This document shows, piece after piece, positions 50,501-64,000 of a stretch of 64,000 nucleotides of DNA. The notes beneath the pieces were generated by a model that saw only the letters and a list, made by a program, of their open reading frames with translations, did no database searches and had not been told where the DNA came from. Where the stretch lies: assembly GCA_050273025.1 (NCBI GenBank), contig CP158635.1, positions 4,650,001 to 4,714,000 of the forward strand, read 5' to 3'. The stretch's first letter is position 1; every line of letters begins with the position of its first letter. The position numbers and the translations under genes are program-made. This DNA comes from Cenococcum geophilum. Taxonomy: Eukaryota.

Positions 50501-53500
50501 AGGTATCTTATATTAAGCTTCTTTAATAGTTAACGGGTCTTAATATTTATTAAATATAATAGAACCTCATTACCTACTCCAAAATACTTATCCTAGTGCT
50601 TACAGTTATACTAAAGTCTCTGCTGCTCTTAGGCATCTTATAGGCTCTACTTTATATACTTTTATTACTCCTCCTATTCCTAGAGGTATCCTTATACTCT
50701 TTAGTGGATATCCTTAGACTTCCTAGTAGGATCCTATAACTAATTATACGGCCTTAGCTAGTAATTGTTGGGTATACTATTAAACCCAAATAATTAAACG
50801 CCATAGGCAATCTGGATTGGTGCATACTTATATAATACGTATTACTTTAAATTATAAGTGTACTCCGCGTACGGAAGTAGCTCGCACTAGTTATCTTACT
50901 AGTAGTTTAAATATATCTATAGGTAAGACTCCAGTTCCTAGTTCTAGCGTTCCGTTTGCCTATCCGTCTATAGGTAAAAAGCCGTACTATAACAATAGTC
51001 TATCTTTAAATAGAAGTATAGATCCGACTAGTACTAACTTATAAAGACGCTGCCCCTATTAGTAATAATAGAGTACAGCTAATCTACTTTAAGAAAGCAT
51101 TTCTCCTTAATTAGGTTGGTGAGCTCTTATATATTAATTATCTTATTAACGGGAAGGTATTAGATATACTTTAAAAACCTATTAATAAGTACAAGGACTG
51201 AATCGTATATTTATCCTTAGCTATCTTTAAATAGCGGGAGATCCGTAATAAAGTCTATAGCATAATATCACTATAGCTTACTAGCGGGGGGAACTGATTT
51301 AAGTAGACCCTATAGCTTATACCTATAAATCTTATATACTTAACACTTCTTACAATAGCTAATATACTCCTTTACTTCCTAATTAAGCCTTAGCCAATAG
51401 TATTTACGCTAAAGTAATTCCACTATCTTTACTTAACCATAGTGGCCGCCTAAAAAATCATCGTGATTCTTTATAAAAATCTTTTATTATAGATTTGCTT
51501 CTTATAGCACCTAAACCTTACTACCTCTATATAGTAGGCCCATTGGGTCTAGTTCCTAATAGTAGCACCTAGCAGCTTCCTTTCCGTTACGTTTCCAGTT
51601 TACTTCCGCATTAAGGATAGTATAGGAAGCGTCCCTCCGTTACACCTTATAGATAAAATCTATTAACCTTTCGGATAGTTCCTAGGTAAAAGCTATTTTA
51701 TCCCATACTACTCTAAGTATAAGACTAGATGGTACTATAGATCTTATAACTCTTTAATGCGCGTATATTAGAAAGGCCGCTATAAGGTTAAAGTCCTTTA
51801 GTTATTATAGGGCTCTAAGTTCCAATTACTCTATAGCTTCGCTATTTATTTAAGGGGATAGCTTAGCAATTAGAGATGGTATATCACTAGGTTCTAAGAA
51901 TATATTAGGGACGTCCTGTCTAGGTATATTTAGACCCTTATTGGTAATAGACCGGGTACTAGCCGGAACATTAGTAGAAACTAATAGGGTTTATACCACC
52001 TAAGACTTAGTGCATAGAGCTGTAGGTACTTAAGCATCCTATACCCGGAGCTTATTCTATAATATAGGAAATAAAATATCTATTATCTATTTTCCTTTTC
52101 CCGTTTTAAAGCCTTTAGCATAGTCTAGCTGTCATAACGGTCTATCGGCAGGGTTATTTTCCCCTAGCTTATATTTAATCTCAAAATTAAATCGCGTAAG
52201 CTCCTCTGCCTATCTAGCTTATTAAGGTATAAGCTCCTTTATAGTTATAAAGTAGCGTAGATTATAGTAATCTAAGAGTATATAAGTAGTATAGCTTGCG
52301 TACTTAAGGTAGTATCGCCACTATTTAAAGCAGTTAACTATAGCTAGCAGTTCCTTATTATGGGTATAATACCTAACTTTAGGTCCCTAGAATTTTCTAC
52401 TATAAAATACTACTGGTCTCTAATAGAGCTAGGTAGCGTCTAGATGCCTGTTGGGTTATAATAGGATACCAGCAAAGGTAAAATTCGATATATTAGTAAT
52501 CATCATTAATGGCTAATCTAGGTTAAAATGCCGCAGCAATAGAGCTTCTGTAAACTTTACGCGAAGTTTCTAAAAGGCCTCCTAAACCTTTCTAGGCTAT
52601 AACTATAGCTTATACCATTTAGTTAGTCCCTTTTTAATTTTCTTCCTTACCGCCTTTAAGCTTTTTGCTCCCTAGGTTAGGTCTTAGGAAGCTTCTATAA
52701 TATAATTAGATAGGTATTAGGCGACGTCTAAGTAGTTATAAATAAAGCGCCTATAGAAATTGGCAAAGCCTAGGAACACTTAAACATCCCAGTAACTCTC
52801 TAGCTCCGGCCACTCCTAGATTATCTACACCCATACTAGGTCTATAACTACACCTATAGGCGTTATAATATAACCTAGAAACTTAACCTATTTGGTGTTA
52901 AAGATATACTTTAATGCCTTAGCGTAGAGGCCTTAATTATCTAAACGTTCTAGCACTTCGCGGACGTGTTACTCGTATTAATCCTTATCTTCTAAGTAGA
53001 TTAAGATATTATCTAAATAGACGACGTATATACGGTCGACTAGTCCCCCTAAGGCTCTATAAATATATAATTAGAATATTGTAGGCATATTAGCTAGCCC
53101 AAAAGGCATTACCAGATACTTAAAGCGGCCGTATTGGGTCTTAAAAGCGGTCTTCCACTTATCCCCTTCTTTAATACGGAGCCTATAATAGGCGTCTTAT
53201 AAATCTAGCTTTATAAAGATCTTCGCCCTAGATAGTTAATCTAGCATTTTACTAACTAGTGGTAGTAGGTAACGGTTCTTAATTATAATCTTGTTAAGAC
53301 CGCGATAGTCTACATATAGCCTTATAGTTATATCTAGTTTTAGGATAAAGAGGATCGGTATACCTAACGGCAACTTACTAGGCCAGATCTACCCCTTTTC
53401 TAGTAACCTATCAAGGTACTCCTATAGGATCTTAAGCTCTTTACGTAAGAGGTTATAGATAGGAAGGTTCGGCGGTTATTTACCTTCTTCTAAATTAATT

Positions 53501-56485
53501 GCATAATCATACTCTAAGTTCTGCGGTAGGACTTTTGCTCTCCTACCCGAAAATACCCTCAGTAAGTCCCTTAGGCCTACTGGAATATTTAACAAATCAG
53601 GGTCACGTTTGTCCTTTGCGTCATCGTCAGGTAGGTCCTAAAGCTCCCTTAGGATGCTTATAGGCAGCGTCGTGCACTATAGTGGTTGCTCGTATATGGT
53701 TGCCACCGTATGTCAAACCGTTTTATATAGTAGCCAGTAAAGGGTAGGGAACTCCTTAACGCAGCGTTTAAGGTGCCGTAGTATACTCTCTGTATATTGC
53801 TTAAGCTAGAGTAACCCGTGGCGGTTAAAGTATCTTATAAGATCCTTAAGATTGCCGCCTCCCTACAATATCTCCGCGACCTATCCGGTAGTTCCCTATA
53901 GGGTCTCTATTATAGAGGGGTTATCACCTATACTAGGCTCTATACCTATCTTGCTATTAAACAGGGATTAGATCTGATACTCCTTTAGGTATAGAGTATA
54001 CACTATTTCGCCTAGGGCTATATTCTCTAGGATATCCTTTAGGCTTATTAGTAATATACGCCCTTCTAAATCTTTATTGTTCCACTATTTAAAGGCTCCA
54101 GTTTTAAAGCGTATTTTAAAATCTACTTCCGCAAGCTAAGGGTATCTAAGGATAAGGTTGTAACCTATAAAGTTAGCCGCCTAGAAGGGTTACGGGCTAA
54201 CTACCTTAGTGCGGTTATATATATCGGCTACTAACACTATAAGCTTATAGGCACTATATAGTTTAATCTAATGCTTATCTAAAAAGCCTATAATAGGTTT
54301 CCGCCACCTTTACAATGGGATAAGTTTATGCTCTTTTACCAAATTATATTATATAAAATTAATTTCGGCGCCGCTATTATATAGCGCTTAGAACTATTAT
54401 ACCTTACCTATAGGGAGTATTATTTTCAGCTTAACAGCAATACAGAGAGTCTCTCCTTCTATATCTTGCCCTAGTTATAGCTAGGAGAGGTCCATAACTA
54501 GGGCTTTTCTTTTTTTAGATCGTTAGTACGGTTATCGCCCTACTTATTTTTCTAATAGGATCTACCTCTAGAGTTTTCTCTTAACTTCTTGGAGTATTCC
54601 TGTAAAGGTGCTAGATAGGTATTAGGTTAACCCTAGGAGTCTTTCCTATTATTTAAGGTTCCTAACTTTAACCCTTTTAAAGTTCTCTTTAAGAACGGCT
54701 TCTTTAAAGGTTAGGTCTGCCCTATATTACTACTAAAGTGCCCGCACTTCTAGTAACCCCCTAGCTTCCTACTAGAAGAGGTCTGGTTCCTTACTATATC
54801 TTTAGCGTTTAGAACTGCTTGTTTAAAATCCGTATATATAGTAATCCGCAATAGGGCTCCCACGCGCTTTATTTCGTTATAAATTACTAGCTTAATTCTA
54901 GCCCAGATAAACCCAATCTTCTCCTTCTTATAGATACTACCGTCCTTATTTTTAAAGGGCTCTAAATCTATCTACTAAGTATAAGTTTCCATAAAGTTTA
55001 TAAACTAGCGGAAGTTGTGGCGGTCTAGCTATATCCCATTCTAGAATAGCTCTATATTATTATATTGTATAATATACGGATCTTAAGTCTATTTCTTTAG
55101 AAAGGTTTACAGCTATAGCTATATAATAATTTGCTTTTTATTAAGCTAATTAAGTATAATCTAGTTTAGCGATTAGTCTTTAATCTTACTAATAATCTAG
55201 CGTATACGCTCTTTGGTATTATCTCGTATTATTAGCATCTTAAAGAAGTTATCTACCTCGCGAACCCAATCGTCCAACTGCTAGGCGTTGGGTCTATAGC
55301 GGAGTTCTAGACTACTAGAGGCCTTAGCCAGTTAATCTATATCCTTTTTCCGTTTATTACGTAGATAACTCTCTAAGTCTTCCACACCTCCTTAAATAGG
55401 TACTGGGTAGCTCCTAGGAAGCCCTTAGCCTTAACTAGGTTATAAAAGAATTTGCCTAGCTTAGATTAGACCCTACTAGATCTAGATTTACCCTTAAAGG
55501 GTTCTAATATATTTATTAGTAGCTTCCTCCCGCATAGCTTCCGAGAGCCTTATAATAGCTTCCCAATATCTATTTTAAAGGAGATTGGTATAGGGCTCTT
55601 AACCTTCTAAACTTGGGCCTAGGGAGGCTCCTGCTATAGAGGTAGTATTAGTACCAGTAGCTAGTATAGGCTTCCCAACGGGGCTTGGGTTTTAAGTTAG
55701 TAATTAGCTTAGATTACCTAAAGGGGTAAGCCTACTTGGCTTGTAAGCAGTCTATATACTACTACTATACTAATTATGGGCCGGTGGTCTTCCGGGAGGG
55801 TTTTGGTTAGTTCCCTAGTTGGACATATTAGTATATTCCTCTAGTATTTTTAGCTTAGGGGAAGATCTTAGAGTTGCCTTTAGCGCTTAATCTTCTAATT
55901 GGCCTAGGTGGGGCCGGAGGGGTTCCGGCTGCTTTCTAGTAGTGTTGCGACCGTTATAAAGGGTATCTGTATTTTTTTTAGCGTTACCAATAACTATAGG
56001 TATATAAGAGTCTTTAAGCTCCTAAAGCATCTGGGTATTAGGGCTTATTCGGCCGTCTTACCTAGAGGGTTATATTATCGCAATCTCTTACTATTAGAGG
56101 GACCTTCCTGCCTTTGCGCGACGGCTTTCTATAAGGTATCTATAGAGTTTCCGTTTAAGTTGTTGCGAGATTTTAAGGGAGGATAGTAGTTATAAACAAA
56201 AGATATAAACAAACAATCTAGTCCTTAAAGCCGACTGCCCTTCTAAAAAAGAGTAGGAAGGATTTGAATATAAGGGGATCTTATAGACAGGGGGCTATAA
56301 GGACACGATTGTGAAATAGGATAGATTGGTAAGAGAGACGAATCCTTAAGGAGGTAAGGCCTCTAGGATTGTAGAGACTATATACTACAGGTACGTGCCT
56401 CTGGCACATGACCGGCGACTATCTAAGGGGCGTCCGGGGGTTGTCCTAAGGGCAACCTAAGGTGTCCGCAATAATATCCCTTACA
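47561..56485 (-). mobile_element. Full-length chromodomain Gypsy element D (LTRs 47561-47777 and 56269-56485, TSD GGTAT), with ~2.3-kb extra 3' region
   Basis: 217-bp LTR pair and a perfect 5-bp TSD. Minus-strand RT ([17 protein letters not shown]), integrase, and chromodomain (KVKWLGWPA.DS..E.ED.L at ~50200-50330). Confidence 0.9.
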
Positions 56486-59400
56486 GGTATAGCGTTCTAT
56501 AGTGATATATGTAAATAGGTCCTATTTACGGTCTGTAACGTCCGTAATAGATCTAACAGGTATACTTACGGGCTAGTTTTTGGGTATAATTAAGTGTATA
56601 AAGGAGCGGTTAGCTAATACGGTCGTAATATTAAAGGCTTAGCCGTCTATAAAAGGTTTAAAAGTAGTTAGAAACGTCTCTAAGGTCTCCTATTCCTAAG
56701 TATCTAAGTTAAAGTTAATTATAAGGGCTTCCATTAACTTGTTAAAAGACTTCTCCACTTCCTCTCCTTTATAGTCTAAGATAAACTAGTTAATCCGACT
56801 ATTAAATCTCTTCTTAGACTTATTACATTCTTCCTAGGTATGCCTTATAGACCAATATCCTTCCTTACTGTATATAAAGTACTTCTAGCTAGTTCGTCTA
56901 TAGGGGTATACTTTTATACGGGAGTTGCTGCGGGGGTTATAGGTAGGACTTAGTCGGTATAGGTACTGCTAGCGGTAGCGGCGGTCTGTAAAGTAGGTAT
57001 CTAAGTTAGTTTATAGGTTTTATAGGTCTGTAATAAAGGCTTAAGTACTACCTAGCGGGTTTAAAACTTTATATATTATAATAGAGGACCGTAAATTATT
57101 AATAAGGCTAGTTAAGGTGTCTATAGGCTTATAATAGGCGTACTTATAGGGCTCTATTTCCTAGTAAGCTGTAATAAGTTTATTATATAGGAAGTTATCT
57201 GTTTAAAGCTTAATATTAAGGCCGTGCTATAGGTATTGAAGGTCTTTAATAAGAATTTACAGGCACTCTATAGTTGACTTTTCGGTATTCTTATCAATTA
57301 CGGTCCGTAACTTAATTGTATTCTATTAGGTAAGGATATTACATTTATATTCCGGACCTTTAAAGTAGTTACGTATAGCTTTATATAGCTTATTAAAGGA
57401 GATACCAAGGGGGTTACTCTTAAGGTTGGTGTAGTAGTAGTTAAGGGCTAGGCCGCGCAGTATGGTAGAGTAGGCTTAGCTAAATTCTTATTTAGGAATA
57501 TCCGCCTTCTAATAGAGGTCCGTAAAGATAGTTAGTTTAAAGTTAAAGTTATTGTTTTTACCGCTATACTTGGATTTGTCGGTATAGAGCTTAGCTAAGT
57601 TGGCTAGCTCCTTACCGTAGGTCTTTACTTAGGTAGTTTGCGGATCTATAACTTGAGCGACGGAAGGGTTTTGGTCCATATTTTGGTTTGCGGGAGTATT
57701 ACGGTCTATAACTTAAGTACTAGGTGTGCTTTAGCCTATAAGATTAATTCTAAGACTTCTTTAGTCTATAGGGCGAATATAGTTAAATAGGTCGTTAATA
57801 AGACTAGAGATCCTATTAAGTTTAAAAGAGGTAAAGAGTCCGCTGGTTTTAATATAATCTAGGATCTGCTCCTTAGTCCATTCCGTTTAGTCCTCCTTAC
57901 GTAGTATATCGTACAGAGACCGTGCAATAGTGACTCGCCTATCCTTTTTAACCTATATACCTTAGTGACGTAAAAGGGTTCGTAGGTTATAGATAGGTAT
58001 AATGCTGCAAGCCTTAAAAGCATCTTCCGTAAAGTCTACAAAGTCTTCTTTATATTGCTCCTATATATTATCGTTTAAAAGCTTATAGTATCCGTATTTA
58101 AGGATTTTAAATTTAATATAGTTATTGACGTCGGTTATAGACGTAAGGTCGACTCCCTGACTCCACTTCTCTTAACCTTCGTCGATTTTCTTGCTAATGT
58201 CTGCCATACTATATAGTGTAGTGTAATGCGTAGCGGGTAGAAGAGGTCTTATAGTGGTCCGTAAAGGCAATTAATAGGTCCGTAGTGGGTTGTAGAAGGG
58301 TAAGGGGTTTCCGTAAAGGTCTATATTCGCGTCTATAAACTTCCGGTAAACCGTATTAAGACTTAAATAAGTATACAGAGTTGGTGATGGTCCGTAATCC
58401 TCCACCTTCCGACCTTCTAGCAGGTCGTACTAGGATTAAACGGGTGGTCGCTATCGTGTATCGCTCGGGGGAGGTATTAAGTGATTACTGATCTGTGCGC
58501 GCTTACTAATTAGTATTTATATCAATTTAATAATACAATTGAGTTATATCTAGGGGCACGAAATACGTATAGTATCGTATGCTCTTTTGGATAGTAGTGA
58601 CTGTCAATTCTATTAAGGTAGACTACGTGGTCTATATACTAACGCGCCTCCCCCTAATTAGTTAGTACCTAAGTAGTTGGTGTACCAAACGCGTAACTAC
58701 GCGTTTGGTATACTACATGCTGTAATTATATATTAAGCTTCTAATAATTAATATAGAAACAAAGTTCTCTATTTAGCTTTTTAGTAAAAAATATAGGTAA
58801 GTTAAAAGGGGCTTAACTAGGCTTAATAAAGCCCTATCTAGGTTATTAATAAGATACTACTTAGTGGCATATAGTTTAGTAGTAGATTGCTATTAAAGGG
58901 GGCTATAGCCTAGGGTATCTTCCTTATCTAGCTTAATCTTAATCTTATAGTTATATGGTTAGTAAGGTGGAAGTATATTAGACGTTGCTTTAGAGAAGGT
59001 ATCTTTAAATTTCTAGTATTAATAGGGCAGTTTCTATTCTACTAGCTCCTTATCTATAAGCTTACCTTTCTCTTAGGCTAGGGTTTCTTTCTCTTTAATT
59101 ATTTAATTAATTTTATATAAGCTAGTTATAAAGGTAATAGTATTAGGCTAAACTAAGTTCTAGTAGAATCCTATAGCGCTAATATAGTAGATATTAACTA
59201 GTGGGAGGCCCGTAGGCTTCTTTACGGATATTTATTAGGCCGTATTTTATAGTATAGGGTTTATAGTCTTCCTTAACTTATATTCTATTTTCTATAAGTT
59301 ATCCTTCTAGTCTATTAGTTTAGTATATTATTTAATATTCCTAGCCCTCCTTTATAGCTATATAGGGCCTAAGTTCTCTATAGGGGGCTTAGGTAGGCTA

Positions 59401-61151
59401 CTACTAACTTCCTAAGTCTCTAGTATGGGTGGCGTAATATAGGCGGTCTAGGGGCGTTATAGTATATAGATCTATTACGGATTAAGCTGTATATCCTTCT
59501 TAAAAGCCTAGTCCCTATATATTACATCGGCCTAGTAAATAGTATTTATCTACGGCTGTATAAGACTTTCTATTATAAGACTAATTTCTTTTATAAAGGA
59601 AAGTGTTAGGGGTATAGTTTTAGGCTATATAAGCCGTCTATTCTATATATTAAGCTATAAGCCTAAATAGGCTAGCTATTTCCTCCCTAAGATTATATTA
59701 TAGCTTCTAAGGTCTATAATAAGGATGGGGATATTATACTACCTTTGTCTATTAATATAGAGGTATATTCGTAAAATACTTATAATAGGTTGCCCTACCT
59801 ATCCGTTATACCCGCTAATAGGAATTGGTTTAGGCAGATCTTCTATAGGTATATTAAGAAAGTTAGCTAGCTTTATAGTATACTAGGTATCTATTAGGGT
59901 AAATATATTCGCTCTAGAGTTAGCTAAAGTAGAGGTTAAAACTTAATATCTATTATAAAATAAAGTATAATAAATAGTATAGCTTTTTCCACTAATTAGC
60001 CGTCCTAGATTAACATATAATATATTAATCCCTTTTAACCCTAGAGAGGAGTTTTTCTCTAGGGTTCCTCTTTTTCTAACTTTATACTATTCTCCTAGAT
60101 TAATAAAACCTCGTTCGCTTTTACTTTTATTAAGCAGTCTCTTATAATATAGTTTTTCTAGCTATATAAGAAGTAAGCTCCTTAGTTACTTAGGGCCTAT
60201 ATATAAGGGTCGCTATAGGTAGGCTAAGTAAACGCTTGGCCCGCGGTAGGGCTAGCTATATAACTAGTTACTAGGTTGGCGGCCAGCTATATAGCCTACG
60301 CGGTAGGTATTATAGGTTATACTAGGTATTATAGGCCGTTCTTATATTACTTATAGCTTACTTTAAGGGATTCCTAGCCTTTATCCGGTTAGCTTATACC
60401 TTAATTTAATAGAGGCCTTAGTTAATAGCTAGGCAGTAGTCTATAAGTTCTTTTAACGTTTATTTAGTAGTAAAAGCTAGTAGTATAGCCTACTATAGTT
60501 CTAGGGTAAGCTTATTAAAGAGGTCTAGTAGTAGGTCTTCCTAGGGAATCTAGGCTTATCTAGCTAAGTATAAAAAGCGGGTCTAGAAGGCCGAAAAGGT
60601 CTCTATTGTTTTTATATTTAGACTTTTATAATTAAGGTAGATATTCTATACCTTAAAAGAGTTCCTTATAAATAGAAGATAAGTCGTTAATTATTTCTTC
60701 TTCTAAGACGAAGGGATCTACTAAGTCTGCAGTATATCGCGGACGTAGGTACGTCTAGGTGTCTCTACTAGTGCGGCCAAAGATATAGGCTATCTTAGCT
60801 CGGTCGTTAGGGAAATAATCTTTATTAACTTTAAGCTTATCCTATAGTTAAAGCTTCTAATTATTAAATATAGGATCGGTCCCGTCTATAAGTAGTAGGG
60901 GGTCTATAACCTTCGCGGATCTTAATAATACGAAGCGCTAGGCTAGGGCCTTAAGAACTATAGCAAGTCTATCTAATAGGTTATTATTAGATATAGGGGT
61001 GTCTCTAGTTTTAAGCAGTTCTTATAGCCATTTAATTTTAGTATTAGCTACTATAAGCTCTGCCTAGGGGGTTAAAATATTAATTATCTCTTTGTCTGAG
61101 GTATTTGCGGGTCCTATAGCTGCTTTACCTACTGCTATATTTCGTGACCTA

Positions 61152-61762
61152 CGAAGACGCCGGCAAAAAGTAATCGGACACCGATACTTTAGCCGAAAAA
61201 TACGACCCCACCGAGAAATTATCAATTCTAGCATCAAATTAACTCTAATTCTATACTAATTACAGTATAAAGGTTTCGTGCTCAAAGTCAGGTCTCAATC
61301 GTTCTTCTACAAGCTTCAAAGCATTCCTCTACAGCGACGTAGTGTCGCCATTTCTTACAATTCTTCTCGTCGAGTGCGCAAGCCTAAAAGATCTCCATAA
61401 CATCGTCAACTAAGAAAAGGTCTTCCGCTCTTCTCCTTCACAGATACTAGATCTTCGATTTTAGGAGGTAGGAGACTAGCAGTAAGGCGCTCTTCTTTAA
61501 CTGCAAGAGATCGTTTCCATATATTAGCAGCTGTTAATTTTATAAGGTTGTAGAGCTTTACTGCCTCTCTTCTAGTCTTTCTACACTTATAATGCGTTAG
61601 ATATTAAGCTTTTCTAACAGTAGAAGTATCAGGACCTATTCTACTAAGTATTAACTAAGTAGAGTAGAAGTAGAGTTGTAGGCGCGAAAAAAGTCAAATT
61701 TTGGTGGGGTTGGGTTTTCTCGCTAAGTAGTGGTGTCCGATTACTTTTTGCCGGCGCCTTCG
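61152..61762. mobile_element. Non-autonomous Tc1/mariner-like element (611 bp) inserted in the Gypsy A leader
   Basis: 31-bp TIRs CGAAG[A/G]CGCCGGCAAAAAGTAATCGGACACC with TA TSD at both ends. Confidence 0.88.
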
Positions 61763-62347
61763 TAATAGTTGTCGTAACTTAGTATTTTACTAGGGAACGG
61801 TAAACCTCTAGTTTAGAGGTTTATAAACTACTAGGACATAGCTACTAGTATATGTTAAGCTGCCTAGAAAGGATTTATATACATAGAACTATAGCACCAT
61901 AGCCTAGAGGCTACATGTGTAGTATTGTACGTAGTACAATACAATGGATATAAAATAAAATAATTTTTTTCCAGTCATAACCAGGGGAGCGGTTAAAACC
62001 CCGTTAACTACATTACTAGAAAAGTAAAGATAGATATAGTAGAAGTATATAATTATTTACTTTAAAAAGTTCCAAAAATGCTAAGACTATCTAGCGCCAA
62101 TCTATCTGCGGAAGGAATACGTAAATCAAGGCGTCAAACCTAACGAATAAGCTTCCGCTTTACGACGGTAAGTCTATTATGCCGTAGAAGTCCAATCACT
62201 GATTGTCGACCCTTCTGTGACTGGACACGTCGACCCTGCGAAACTAGGCGTAGCACATCGCCCGATTACATGGCTTCATTTCATTTGCCTAATTCCGCTG
62301 CCTGAAAAGCGTCCTAGCTCTTCTTGAATCTCAACATAATCCTCGAG

Positions 62348-64000
62348 ATGGATCCCTTTTCAGCGTTAGCAAGCATTGTCGGCGTTGCGGACGTAGCTGC
62401 GCGGGCCTCTACTACAATTTGGAAAGTGATAAATGAATGGCGAGATGCACCAGCTCAGCTAGGAGAATTACAGGAAGAGATCCGTGAGTCGCGTCGACTT
62501 CTTGACCATCTCCAAATGGTATGCGAAGCGGCTAGCAATCAATCACCAGATGCATCGACGGATATCTTCAAAGAGCTCATCGCTACACAGCTTCTCAAAG
62601 CGAAGTCGGCCTGGACCGATTTAGAAGGAATCTTGAACTCGGTCTTGCCGCTCCCTGCGGCTGGTAGGACTCGCATTCGCAAGGATAAGTGGATGACCCA
62701 AAAAGGAAAAGCACTGCGCTTGCAAGGCGTCCTGAAGGAGGTCCGCTCGCAGATACTGGTTGCTCTAAGTCTTCAGGGAATGTATGGATGTGAAGTTTCT
62801 GTGTTTGTCGCTCTTGGGTTTTTCTGACACCCTTAGTTCACATGACCTTCAGGCAAATTCAACGTCGCTCCACCGACATGATGAAACAATCGCGCGATTG
62901 GGGTCTACATCGGTCCATTTGACCACTCTCTCAACCCAAATAGAGACACTTCAGTGAGTTCACCTGTCGAAAGGCCTTCAAGGTACGGGCTGGTGATATC
63001 GAAAAAATCCCCCAAAATCCTCGGTGTTCTGTCTGCTTTCTCTCATTGGCACCCCGGGCGCTTGCATTGGCAGTAAGAAGCCGAGTATTTGCGGTGATTT
63101 GGCTGTTCATACACGTTACTAGCGGACTTCGTAAAATCCAACTTGGACGCCCGCTATGTCCGCGTCCGACCACCTAGAATCGCATTATACACTGACTCTT
63201 GCACAGGCTTCAGAGCGCTGACACAAGGGCCATCGTTCGAAATCATCATAATGCCACGATAGCTGGCTTCGAAACAATGTCGACTCGTTTTGCTGAAATA
63301 TCGGCAATCTTGCAAATAGTCTTGCAGAATCAAAATCGCATTGCTTTATCATCGAGTCCTCCAGCAGCCCGGTCAAGTCTTGCCCAATCTGTGGTCCGAA
63401 CCGAGAACAATTTGGAACCAGCATCTTGGAATCAGCGGTGTCGCGAAAACTCGAGCTCCTTCAGATTTGATCGGAGAGCACTTTGCAATTGCGACTGCAA
63501 GTGCCACTGTCACGCACACAGAAATATTTCTCGAATTCAGATTTCAGCCTTGAAACGTTTCGCTGGCACCCTGTCCGTGACCGTTTCGGGAATATCATTT
63601 GGTGGACTCATCGCGTGCAATGACCCCACTTGTCGCAGAGCTAGCATTAAGTCCTTCGAGCTCTTGTACTCTTTCCCGGCGTGGCTGATGAACTTATCCA
63701 TCTTCATGTTCTTCACCTCGTCCTACGCTGGTCCCACAGTGGGTCTAGGACTACGGCGGAGAGTAAGGTGGGTCACTGAAACAGGGGTGCGCAGCATGCA
63801 CTGGTATGTAGATCGGGGAGACATGTCGGCAGTCAAAACAATGCTTGAACAGCACAGAGAATCCGTGCAAGATGTCGAAATCGGCTTAGGACGATCGGTG
63901 CTGCACCATGCGCTGAGCCACGGCCACACAGAAGTAACCAAACTTCTCCTCGCGGCCGGTGCAGACCCATTCATGGAGGATGACTACGGGCGGCCAGCGA
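62348..64000 (+). CDS. Fungal N-terminal (HeLo-like) domain + Cys-rich motif + ankyrin-repeat protein, runs off the right edge (exons ~62348-62781, 62837-62953, 63207->64000)
   Basis: MDPFSALASIVGVADVAA...WRDAPAQLGELQEEI N-terminus; GT-AG introns restore the frame. Last exon is open to the window end with CNCDCKCHCH, CNDPTC, YSFPAW and ankyrin-like GRSVLHHALSHGHTEVTKLLLAAGADPFMEDDYG. Confidence 0.8.

Larger units (their letters stand above)
38077..58732 (-). mobile_element. Copia element B (LTRs 38077-38295 and 58514-58732, TSD TTAAG), interrupted by Gypsy C and D
   Basis: Two 219-bp LTRs and an identical 5-bp TSD on both sides. Minus-strand gag, integrase and RT remnants lie between the nested elements. 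Confidence 0.88.
36500..61980 (-). mobile_element. Gypsy element A (RIP-degraded), host of nested insertions; own pieces ~36500-38076, 58733-61151, 61763-~61980
   Basis: The RT motif FCIDY.KLN|NITFKDRY.LP is split exactly at the Copia B insertion. gag/protease remnants at 59000-61140; RNase H/integrase remnants at 36600-37500. Outer boundaries uncertain. Confidence 0.75.

Overview
Filamentous ascomycete (fungal) genomic DNA. Most of the window is AT-rich transposon wreckage with a strong RIP signature (CpA->TpA, many TAA/TAG stops): nested Copia and Gypsy LTR elements, a Mutator element with TIRs and 9-bp TSD, a Crypton-type tyrosine-recombinase element and several MITEs. A few GC-balanced gene islands sit among them. 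The main observation is a compact protease cluster: an intact TPR-CHAT protease (9094-12549), an intact 5-exon DUF6594-like membrane protein (21386-22481), a spliced 84-aa gene absent from the ORF track (22882-23241), an intact caspase-family protease with a long C-terminal extension (23718-25667), and a second, pseudogenised CHAT protease (25719-~26505). Removing the two intervening transposons brings these five genes into one block of about 9.3 kb. This is inferred to be a candidate fungal protease-activated defence/cell-death system. Also present: a RIP-killed BIR (IAP-like) gene, a RIP-killed truncated lys2-like duplicate, a DIM1 fragment fused in frame to the second CHAT, and the start of a HeLo-like/Cys-rich/ankyrin gene at the right edge. 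All family calls come from motif recognition by eye; no database searches were run.
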